From the NCBI RefSeq assembly GCF_006345805.1, contig NC_043003.1, positions 39,804,001 through 39,868,000 on the forward strand: a stretch of DNA of 64,000 nt, read 5' to 3'. The translations under genes and the position numbers were made by a program. Below are positions 25,701-38,400 of this stretch, piece by piece; position 1 is the first letter of the stretch, and the number at the start of each line of letters is the position of its first letter. The notes below the pieces were generated by a model. That model was not told the DNA's origin, did no database searches, and saw only the letters and a list, made by a program, of their open reading frames with translations. Origin of the DNA: Octopus sinensis (taxonomy: Eukaryota).

Positions 25701-28700
25701 CTAGTGAGACTGACTGGGCAATGTAAACCTTAAGCAAATGGCTTCTTTATAAGAACGACAGAGGTGATCTCAGATAGGTTGGTATATAAAAAAAAGAAAC
25801 ACACTGGAAACTGTATTATTAGATATTAGATACAAAAGAAGGAAAAGAAAGAATTGGAGACAGCAAACGTTTGATCAAATGTATTCCAGCCTTTGATCAT
25901 AGATTTACAAGACATGGGGGCCAAAAAACATTAACGATAGAAGGTGGTTGTCTCCTCACTAAAGCATCGAATCTCTTATGACATGAGCTGAATGAAGAAA
26001 AGTAATCATAAATAAAACCAGGCACTTTTCTACTAAAATCATAATTGTGATGGCAGAGACAATTGCACTAGTGTTGCATCATCATCATCATCATCATTTA
26101 ACGTCCGCTTTCCATGCTAGCATGGGTTGGACGATTTGACTGAGGACTGGCGAACCAGATGGTTGCACCAGGCTCCAATCTTGATCTGGCAGAGTTTCTA
26201 CAGCTGGATGCCCTTCCTAATGCTAACCACTCCGAGAGTGTAGTGGGTGCTTTTACATGCCATCAGCACGAGGGCTAGTAGGTGGTACTGGCAACGGCCA
26301 TGCTCAAATGGTGTTTTTATGTGCCACCTGCACAGGAGCCAGTCCAGCGGTACTGGCAACGACCTTGCTTGAATGTTTTTTCATGTGCCAGTAAGGCAAC
26401 GCTTGTTGCATATACTTTATATACTAAAGTACATAACATTAAGTGAATACTACCAGTGGCATGTACAACTTTCCTTGCATCATCTAATAGTCACATATCT
26501 GTGTATGTAACAGTTACAAACCTGTTAATGCAGTTCTCATATCAAAACTATTTTGAAACATGAAATATAAACCAGCCACTATCATCATCATTGCTTAACG
26601 TCCGTTTTCCATGCTGGAATGGGTTGGACGGTTTGACAGAAGCTGGCTAGCCAGGGAGCTGTCCAGACTCCAGTTGTCTTTTGTAGCACGATTTCTACAG
26701 CTGGATGCCCTTCCTAATGCCAACCACTTTACACAGTGTGCTGGGTGTTTTTTTTATGTCCTACCAGCATAGGTACATTTATGCTGCACCAGCACGAGTG
26801 CATTTCATGTGGAACTGGCACATATAATGGACAAGCCTCTATGTATGGATGACAGCAAGTTTACATAGCTTGATGCATCTTTACAAGTACAGCAAATTGC
26901 CACAACTCTTGGTCCTGATATCTACAGAAACTTGTGATCTACCACTTCAAAATATTATTAAATTATTTTATTCTAAGAAGAAGAGCACTGCTGGAAATAT
27001 CAGACTTCAAATTTACCTAACATGTACTGCATTCCATTCAATAATTATCAAACATACCATTGTGTTTTGTAATAAATTTTATACAGCTGAAAGTCCTAAA
27101 TACCATCTAATGCAAATAAAGCCAGTTGTCAAAATGGTGAATTTAACCAGACAAACTACTTCAGAATGAGGTAGTGGTATACAAACATCATTTACAGGGT
27201 ACCTATTTACAACCAACCACCCACACATGCATGCATGCATGTATGTATGAAATATATACAGGCAGTTTTGGTATTATGGAATTCTGTGTTTCTGAAAATC
27301 TAGCCACAACATGGAAATCTGTAGCATGAAACCTATTTCCTCATTAATTCTCGTGTTATAAACTGAGATGTGTTCAAAAAGAAATGTTTTGGGGGAAAAA
27401 CAAAAGTAATACAAATACTTTTATGCATAAAAACACCAGTTTTTAAACAAACATAGTATGAATATATATAAAAAAAAGTATTTGAAAAGAAATACAGAAG
27501 GGAATAAATAAGAATGCAGTAATAGCTCTTCTACAAGAACCTTCTTTGACCCCACTCTTCATATTTTAACCTATTGTCCCTTAACATAAACTTGCACCCC
27601 TCCACCAACCCCAAGGGGGCGGTCGTAGTCTTGCAGGCTACATGGAAATCTCAATAGTGCTGGTGGCACAAAAAAAAAAAAGAAAGCATCCAGTTCACCT
27701 GTAAATGGAATGGACACAAGGAACTCATACCATAATGGACACTGGAGTATGATACAGTCCTTGGACCTGTTGGATCCTGTTAAACTATCCAATCAATGTC
27801 AGCATGGAATGTGGACGTTAAATGATGATGATGATGATGATATTATGGTATAGTACATACTTATAATTAAGGATGTTAACTGCTGTGTGATAAGCTGTGG
27901 TGCAAAGGGAGATACTACATTCTGTTCTGTAGACCATTACAATCAACATTTTGTTAACTAAAGTTGTTTGACATTTATGATGCACTCTTTCTTTGTAAAG
28001 AAAAAAATTCCAACAGTAACTACAGTAGCAAAAAAGAAAAACGATAAAAAAAAAGGAGGAAACAAACCTTTTACAACAGTTTTACTCTCTTTCACAGTTT
28101 TCATACTTTTCTCTGAAGCTTGTAATTTTTTCTTAGCAATGGTGTTGACGAGTTCATCAAGTCTTTTACGTTCTTTATAAAAGCCAGGGTATTTCTAAAA
28201 TGTAAAATGAGCCAAGCTTTTGAACCATCCGCAAGTAGATTGACATGAGTAACACAGCTCAGTAGAGCAACAATATCTGTTTCTCTGACTACAGTTGACT
28301 ATAGGCTACTTCCAGCTTAATTCAATTTACTTTATTCTTTTCTCTTAAGTCTAAGACTTCCTACTACTAAGTCTCTACCACTCCATGTTTTCTCAGTCCT
28401 TCCTCTGCAGAGCCATAGTGCATTCAGAAACACCATAGTATGTCATGGTCCCTCATGTTGTCAACAACGGAACTGTTTAAAAACTATTCCACACTGCACA
28501 ACATTAAACCCAGAAGCTAGTTAGGAAGCCTCCACACAAATACTACCCAAACATTTTCACAAAGGGGTTAAATAAAAAGAATATACAAACTGAATATAAA
28601 TATGAATATACCAGGAAATACATGTCTAGAATGACTTACTCTGTGCAATGAAACAGTCATGGCACTCCATTGGTTACAACGACAAAGGTTCCAGTTGATC

Positions 28701-30430
28701 CAATCAACAGAACAACCTGCTCCTGAAATTAACGAACAAGTGGCTGAGCACTCCACAGACACGTGTACCCTTAATGTAGTTCTTGGGGAGATTCAGCGTG
28801 ACACAGAGTGTGACAAGGCTGGCCCTTTGAAATATAGGTACAACAGAAACAGGAAGAAAGAGTGAGAGAAAGTTGTGGTGAGAGAGTACAGCAGGGGTCG
28901 CCACCACCCCCTGCTAGAGCCTCATAGAGCTGTAGGTGTTTTTGCTCAATAAACACTCACAACTCCCAGACTGGGACTTGAGACTGCAATCCTATGACCG
29001 TGAGTCTGCAGCTCTAGCCATTGGGCCATTGCGCCTCCATAATGAAACAGTAAATGCTGAAAAATATAATATTGTTCTCAAGTAGACAAAGACATAGTAT
29101 ATATGGATCTGTGGATTATATCTAATCCTTCTACTAGTGTTATATACCATAGATCTGCTGGGCCACTGTTGATCTGAGATTAAACAAGTTTATCATCGCA
29201 ACACACACCCTCACCATTGCTTCCACTACTACCACCCCTATCACTAACTTAAACACTACTAGCACTGCTGACATAAGTACTACTAAACTGGCCCACCAAC
29301 ACTACCACTGCAGGTGCTACTGCCATTATTATAACCTCAACACATCTGGAAATAAGTAAGTGGTAAAAACTATGTAGGGTATGTATGTATACCTTGGCTT
29401 TGTTGACTCTGTCTTTCTTGAGGATTGAAATCTTGTCCTGATAACTTTTGGTCGATATTGCTTTGGTACTCTGTAAATGAGAGAGAGATTAAAAACTGGT
29501 GATTGATGGAAAATCTGCTTTGTAGCTCCATGTCAGAAAAAAAACAAAGGAGAAAAAACTTTTACTGGAGCTCACAACTTAGATATTGTATTGACCTCGT
29601 TTAGCTATATTGTATGTTCTATTCATCATGATCATCCTCATCCTCATTTAACATCCATGTTCCATGTTGGCATGGGTCAGATGGTTTGACAGGATCCAAT
29701 GGGTTTGAGGATTGCATCATGCCCTAAGGTTTTGTTTGGCATGGTTTCTATGGTTGGATATCCTTCTTAATGCCAATTACTGATATATTTTTCATGCTAC
29801 CAGCACTATTGAGGGGACCATGCAGCTTACAGGACTATGAGCCCTGAGGAAGAATGTGCTTTTCTTGTGGGTGGGTGGGTGAGGGGTCAAAGTATGAGAA
29901 GTGGGTGTGTAGAGAAGGTTGTTGTAGAAGAGCTGCATGGATATATTTTTAGAATACTTTGTTTGCAAAATGAATTTTCTTTTTTTTTAGACTATCCCCA
30001 AATAGAGAATCTAGCAAACATTGGTTTTTTCCCCTTATACCTAGGATGAGCAAAAAAAAAGGTCTGTTTTTAGACATTTGTAATTTTATTTTCATTTACT
30101 ACAAGCGTTGCCTTACTGGCACTTGTGCTGGTGGCATGTGAAAAAACATCTGAGCGAGGTCATTGCCAGTGCTGCTGGACTGGCTCCTGTGCAGGTGGCA
30201 CATAGAAAACACCATTTGAGCATGGCTGTTGCCAGTGCTGCCTGACTGGCCCTCATGCCGGTAGCACATAAAAGTACCCACTACATTCTCAGAGTGGTTG
30301 GTGTTAGCAAGGGCATCCAGCTGTAGAAACTCAGCCAGATCAGATTGGAGCCTGGTGCAGCCATCTGGTTCACCAGTCCTCAGTCAAATCGTCCAACCCA
30401 TGCCAGCATGGAAAGCGGACGTTAAACAAC

Positions 30431-30463
<33 letters not shown>

Positions 30464-31769
30464 ATTTTTGTTATGTTTCTTTCCAATATGGCTACTCATG
30501 CCAGAGCAGCATGAAATGTCTGGCTCTTCTTCACTAACCCATGACACTACTCTTTTTTTTCACTTCTGGTCACTTCATTACTCCCCACCCAACTCTGTCT
30601 CATCATTTACTCTCTCCACTGCCACCCTCTCACAACAATAAATCTGTTTCTCCCTACATTCTTTAACTTCTCTCAATGCTCACCTAAAGACTTCACCCTC
30701 TCTCGTATTCTCTGTTTGTTGTGGAGGCTCTTTAGTATTGTGAATTACATGGTGACCTCATTAGTATTGGTGCCACAAAACAGCACTCAATACACTCTGT
30801 AAAGTGACTATTGAATTGAGCAGAGACAACACAGGGGTAAGAGGATTCTTTTATCTAACCAAGGATAAGTCAACCTCTATAATGCTGGTACCACAAAAAA
30901 AAAAAAAAAAAAAAAAAGCATTCTGTACACCTTGTAAAGTGGTTGGTGTCAGTTTCTAGTGCTGGGTAGCCTTCCTATGTGAAAAACTGAGATGTCTGGG
31001 CAAGGTATGCTTCTCTGACCTGTCGAACCCTGTCAAACTATCCAACCCATGCCAATATGGAAAGGATTGTAAAATGATTATGATGATGATGATGATGAAG
31101 AGTATGATGATAATGATGAAGGAAAGCTTAGTCTTTCAGGTGGAATTTTGGCCATGTGTGTAAGTGGTGGAAGAGGGACTCACCATGAAAGATCACCATT
31201 TCACTAGTTATATGAGACATTTAATGCTGGTGCCACATAAAAAGCACCGATGCCAGCATCATGTAAAAGCACCCAGTACACTCTGTGAAGTGGCTGGCAT
31301 TAGGAAGGATATCCAGCCATAGAAACCATGCCAGCATGGAGAACAGACATTAAATAATGATGAAGAAGATGATAATGAGTATATCTTAGGTTAACTGAAG
31401 AAGAGCAGATTGAGACTGCTCAGCAATAACTAACATCCCCAAATACAATAACCGTTTCAAAGTTTGAACTTATGACTGGTAAACAAAACTATCTTTATGA
31501 AGACTTCCACACTGTGTAGTTATGTCAAAATAACTGTAGAGCTGTAGTTGAGCTCAAGTTAGATCTTTGCGTGAGAGGTAATGTAAAAGAGATTGAGTGA
31601 TAAAACAAACATACAGCGGGGAAACCGATCTTCTCCAGTTTCTCAGTCAACAGATCGGCCATTTCTGATTTCATTTCTTTTAAAATCTTTGGATTTTCAG
31701 ATACTTGTTTGTACATCTTTTGCATCAGCTCATTGTATGTTCTAAAAAAGAAACAAAAGAAACAAAAAA

Positions 31770-31800
<31 letters not shown>

Positions 31801-34800
31801 GGTGTGGTGGTGGTGGCAACACAATTACAATAATATACTAAGGTATGCTTATAAAAACTGGCAGGGAGATCAAAACAAACTGAACATAAAGTAATAAAAA
31901 GTACATTTCTTTAACTGGCCAGGAAAAGATTGAGAGATTATCTAAACACAAGAATTTTGAGACTCAGGTAAAAATCTATGTGAAAAATATCAGTCTTTAT
32001 TAGGTCATTTGAGTGATGACAACAGACAATATAAATAACTCCACAACAATCCAGACAAATACATCACCAACATAGTTATTGTTGAACAGTCTCAACCCTG
32101 CTTCAGTTAATCTAAGGTAACTGGAAGCTTGGTTGCAAATCTACAAATCCATCCACTACATATCTACCCATGTGTGTACCCATAAGTCTGTATAATGTAC
32201 ACACTCTGTCATATTGAAGTTGGTTCTAGGTAATGTAGTATACAAACCATAGAATGCTGTATCTGTTTTGGTCAACAGTTTATTTACAAAATGATATGAA
32301 TGAAGGCAGTGTCCTTGGTTCAGACAGACCATATAGTGTTCAGTGGTAAGGATCATTGCTCTTCTTGATTAAACATCAAACAGAGCAGATATTCTAGGGA
32401 ATATTCTCTGCTGCACACACACACACACAAAACACTGCATGCATGCATATATATATATATATATATATAGGACAATGCAGCACCTGGTGTAGGAATAGAA
32501 ACCATGATCTCTCCATCATGAATGCAACAGCCTAACCACTAAGCCACACACTTTCATGTGTGTATGTAAGACATGGTGTTGGACTTGTTGCCTTAAAGGA
32601 AATATATTGATTTCAAAATTTGGCACAAGGCCAGCAATTTCAGGTAAGGAGGTAAGTCATTTACATCAACCCCAGTACCTGACTGGTACTTATTTTATCA
32701 ACTCCAAATTACCGAAAGGCAAAGTTAACCCTGGTAGCTTTTGAACCCTGAATGTCAAGTCAGAAGAAGTGCTGCTAAGCATTTTGCCTGGTGTGCTAAC
32801 AATTCTGCCAGTTCATTGTCTTATAAAGGAAAAATATTGGTTTCAAATTTTGGCACAGGGCCAGCAATCACATTGACCTTAGTGCTCAAGTGGTACTTAT
32901 TTTATTGATCTTGAAGTGATAAAAGTCAAAGTTGACCCAGGCAGCATTTGAACTCTGAATATAGAGTTGGATGAAATACCTATTTCTTTACTACCCACAA
33001 GGGGCTAAACACAAAGAGGACAAACAAGGACAGACAAACGGATTAAGTCGATTATATCGACCCCAGTGCGTAACTGGTACTTATTTAATCGACCCCGAAA
33101 GGATGAAAGGCAAAGCCGACCTCGGCGGAATTTGAACTGTAACGGCGGACGAAATACTGCTAAGCACTTCGCCCGACGTGCTAACAATTCTGCCAGCTCG
33201 CCGCCTTTTGGATGAAATACCACTATGCATTTTGCATGGTGTGTTAACTATTCTGCCAGTTCACCGCCTTATAAAGGAAATATATTAAAAAAAAGATTGA
33301 GGTGGGAACGCTAAGTGGTGATGTGTATAAATGTAATGTTATTACCTGTTCAAATATGCCAGTGGCAAGTTTGAACTTATAAACAAGTCATTCACTATGT
33401 TTTGTCAGTGAGAAAATTTATTTACAGCCAGCCACTGATTAGTGCTACCAGCTGACATACGACAACTGGAATAACATAAGAGAGATTGTCTCTCTTATCA
33501 GCTCCCACCATCTGGTTTCTGTGACTGAAGAGGAGATAACCATTTTGAAATGCTTGTAACTCACAGTTTGGATAGGTGGCACTGTGAACTGGTTTAGGTG
33601 TATTTACACCATTTGTCTGCAGCAAGAAATTTTCTCCATGACAAAACATAGTAGATGGCTTGTTTATGAGTTCGAACTTGCCACTGGCATATTTAAACTG
33701 GTAATAACATTGCATTAAAAAAAGAATATTATTTCCAGTAATTTTCCCCATTAGCAAGATAGAGTGAATTTGTAAGTCATCTTAAGTGGTTGGTAGAGGG
33801 CTTAAATTAAATACTACAAGTCATTTAGTCCAGAGCATTCTTTGTTATAACACTCTACCACATTTGCCATTATCTTACATTATCAGAACATGTATTACTG
33901 TATTCAGCTCAAAAACCCACACTGAAAGATAACATGATTGAGTCTAACATCAGACCTCAGTGAAATGCGAGTCTGACATAGTCAGGTAAAGTTCACAAAG
34001 CACTCAAGTTAGGGTCAGACACTAGCAAGTATAAGTGTAAGGACTGATCTCAGGAAGTTGGACTTCATGGAGGAAATGACCATGGATTGAGATGTCTGGC
34101 GATATAAAGTTCTTGAGAAGACCCGCCCACATCAGCGAAACTGAGTTCTAGAAGCACTGTGTAGAAAGCTTCTCACATACTCTACCACAACAAACCAAAC
34201 TACATCTCTACATCCCTTCTCTTCCTCACATTTCAGCTTCATGTACTATGATTACCTCCCACTCCTCAATCTTGTCCTCTTGACCTGGTGCCACTGTATC
34301 ATTGCTCTCTGCTTGCTTGCCCCAACCTGTACATTCTACCCACATGTCTTGTCTCACTCTATTATTGCCAAATGCTAGCCCCTGACCCAGGTATTCCACC
34401 TACACATGAGAAAACTTTTCCCTCACCCTACCTCAACAAACCAATTTACATCTCTTTCATGCATTTCCTCCTTCATTCGCTATGTCTAGCTCTCACTCCC
34501 CAATCCTGTCCTCACACCCCTGCACTTCTGTATCATTGCTATCTGGTAGGCCCTCCAACTCTATATATACCCAGGTCTTTCACCACTTAGTCGCACTCTT
34601 TAATCGCACTCATTTCGCAATATCCTGTCACTTATATTATGGCATTTGAACCTCAAGGGTATGCCCTGGCACTTGCCACTATTTGCCACCATCTTTCATC
34701 CTGCGATCTCCCACTATCTCTCTCTCTCTCTCTCTCTCCTTCTCCTGCACTTCCCTTAGGCTGGGTAACCATGTATTTTCTTTGCAGTAGCACACCTGTT

Positions 34801-35444
34801 TCTATCTTCATCCCTAATCTTTCTCTCTCCAGTTGGGTAACCTTGTATTCCCTCTACAGCAAGACACCTGTATCTGTCTCACTATAACCTTTTCATCACA
34901 ACCTCTTCCAATGCCTCCTCCCCTCTTAAAAGTTTTTGTCTTGCAAGTACTTGGTGACCCTGTCAGTGCAGGTGCCACTTAAAAGCACCCAGTCTACACT
35001 GTAAAGTGGTTGGTGTTCAGAAGGGCATCTAGCTGTTAAAACATTGCCAAAACTGACCTCGCCTGAGCTTGTGCCACATAAAAAGCACAAAGTTCACTCT
35101 GCTGAATGGTTGGTGTTAGGAAGGGCATCCAGCTGTAAAAATCCTGCCAAAACAGTCACAGAAGTCTGATGCAGGCTTCAGCCTGGCCAGCTCTTGTGGT
35201 ACCATCCAACCTATGCTAGCATGGGACATGGACATTAAATGAGGATGATGGTAATACATGTACATATGAAATAAAAATATTAACTCACTGGGTATCATAG
35301 AGACTGTTCTGGGTGCCGTGGTCATCTGAAATATAAATAAGTTACATGATACTTAATTATAATATTTTTGCCTCTGTCTTTACAAAAGAATGTTAGTTGC
35401 TATAGAAACTCAAATTAACTCAGCTGTCCCACTCAGTGTGTGAC

Positions 35445-35498
<54 letters not shown>

Positions 35499-38400
35499 CA
35501 TGCTAGCATGGAAAGCGGACGTTAAACGATGATGATGATATGTATGTGTGGTGCGTGTGTATGTGGGAGAGGATTTCACAACAAATCTCCTCTCAACAGC
35601 AGGTGTTTCATTTGTCACTACATGTAAATGAAAGTGGGTGGGTGTCAGAGTTTCACTTCACATTTGTTATGCTCAGTAACAAGAGTGTTAACTATGACCA
35701 ATGTAGGTATCAGAGAACCAGAGGCACACTCTATGTTATTTACTCTCAGTAACAGCCAGGATCTCACTCATTTCATTGCTAGTAATATATGTAGGTTACA
35801 AAAATGTAGTTCTTTGTGGGTTAGAGGCGTCACAATTGATGACTACCAGGTTTGTTAAGAACTTTCCTCTCTTATACATTTCTACAATACAAGAACCTTT
35901 AATATTGGTCTCAAATTTTAATACAAGGCCAGCAACTTTGGGGGATGGGCAAGTCGATTACATCAACCTCAGTATTCAACTGGTATATATTTTATTGACC
36001 CCGAAAGGAAGAAAGGCAAAGTTGACCCAGGTAGCATTTGTAATCAGAATGTAAAGATGAAAGAAATCCTGCGAAGCATTGTTTTCTGGCACAGTAATGT
36101 TTCTGCCATTTCAACACCCTAAAGTTTATTGCTTGTGTCAGCTGGGAATCAGATCCAGGCCGCTCATGTGGCAGGTGAGCATTCTACCACTGAACCACCA
36201 ATATTTCATAGGAACCTTTACTATTTCAACCATATTACCGTAAATCCTCGAGTATAATCTGCATATTTTCCCTAAAATTTAAAGGTCAAAATCCCTAGTG
36301 CATACTATATACAAGGTTAAAAATGAAAAATATTTTCTAAGCAATGTCCAAGTCTCTATTTGCTGTCTGGCAATGTTTATTCAGACGCATTTTGTGATGT
36401 CGGGCACGAAAATACCTTAAGCTAAGCCTGAAAGCAATGAAGTCATAAAAGAATCATCCATAACTTGCAATAAGCAACATTTATTAAATGTTATTACTGT
36501 TATTTCTTTATTTTCTGCAAAGAAAATGCACAAAAAAGCTACACGTTTGCATTATGTTATATATACAATAATAATAAAGGACGTTACCGTATACAGTTTT
36601 ACAAACCAAGGATGTTATATAGACCTCCTTGACTCAAGTTAGAGAAGGGGTGCGTACTAAACACAAGGTTTAGGTTTTTCAGAGGTACAGCACCCTAAAA
36701 ATCCCCTTCGTATTATACTCAAGGGCAGACTATACTTGAGGATTTATGGTAACTGTTTAGCATTTAAACAGGCCATATCCGGTCCAAGTATTCTACCTTT
36801 TTCATGCTCAAAGTGGCTAGGTCTGGCTTTTCATACCTACCCTACAATGTCATACTAAAAATAAACAATCAGCCATCTAAATCTTGAAGCTACAAGATAA
36901 TACAGGATTAGTTAAAAACAATATAAATAAACACTGCATTCGACAAAATAATCCGAATGCTAAAGGGTTAACCCCACTTATCTCATATCTAATACACCCC
37001 CTGGGACAGCAATATTAGACAAAAGCTATTGTTTATTCTGTTTCTTTATAGTTTTTATACCTGCTTGCATTTCTCATTTCATTTCATATTTTACCTTATC
37101 AACCAAACTGGTGTAATGTCTTTGATAACTACACACTGTCTCTTAATCTTTCTCAAAATTATGAAGCTTCTGATGCCATGACAAAAGTAAAAAGGTATTT
37201 GTACTATAACAAAAGCAACCTTTCTTAGAAAATCTGAATAATTCAGGTTGAATCTGTAGCACATTGACACACCTATCCATCCTCGTTGTGACAATTGAAA
37301 TAAAATGCCATACCCAATGACAATACTATCCTATCACATAAATTACTTGTCTAACTGATGCTATCTTGGAGAAGCAGATATAAATTTAATCTTTACCATC
37401 ATTAGTTCTTTCTTCATCTTCTTCCTCGTCTTCATCATCATCATCATCATCCTCGTCCTCTTCTTCAGCCTCCTCCTCCTCCTCCTCGTCATCATCATTG
37501 TTATCATCCTCTTCAATGTTTTCAATTTCCTCAACCATATCTATTACTCTGTCAGCATCTCTATCCTTCACCGGAGATATGTGAAAACTGAACGTGTCCA
37601 CTGATGCTTTCTCTTCCAAAGGAAGAGTCTATCAAAAAAAGAAAAATGAATAAATAAAAAAGATTGAAATCTAACATAACAAATTGCACCTCTCTGATGT
37701 AATGACACTTTACACATATAAAAATATAAAATAGAGAAATGACAAAAAAAAACAGATCTTTAAGAATATTTATCCAACTCCAAGTCAAAACTGATGGTAT
37801 TTTGTGCTATCATCATCTCAGTATTATAATTATTATCAGAATCGTTAGCACACGGAGCAAAATGCTTAGCAGTATTTCATCTACCACTACATTCTGAGTT
37901 CAAATTTCACCAAGGTCGACTTTGCCTTTCATCCTTTCGGAGTTGATAAATTAAGTACCAGTTGTGTACTGGAGTCAATCTAATCGACTGCCGCCCCTCC
38001 CCCCAAATTTCAGGCCTTGTGCCTATAATAGAAAGTATTATTATTATTATTATTAGATTGTAAAGTGGCAAGCTGGCAGAATTGTTAGCATGCTGGATGA
38101 AATGCTTAGCAGTATTTCATACGTTGTTCTGTTCTGAGTTCAAATTCTGCCGAGGCTGACTTTGCCATTCATCCTTTTGGGGATTGATGAATTAAGTACC
38201 AGTAAAACACTGGAGTCAATGTCATTGACTAGTCCCCTCCTGCCAAATTTCAGGCCATGTGCTTTTAGTAGAAAGGATAATTATTATAAGTTTGTGAAAC
38301 ATGGATGCTTTACTGTTGGAATTTCAAAAAGGTGCAGAATTTTCAACAAAAGCTTCATGCCACCTCAAATATGAAATGGAAGGACTACAAAACCAACAAT

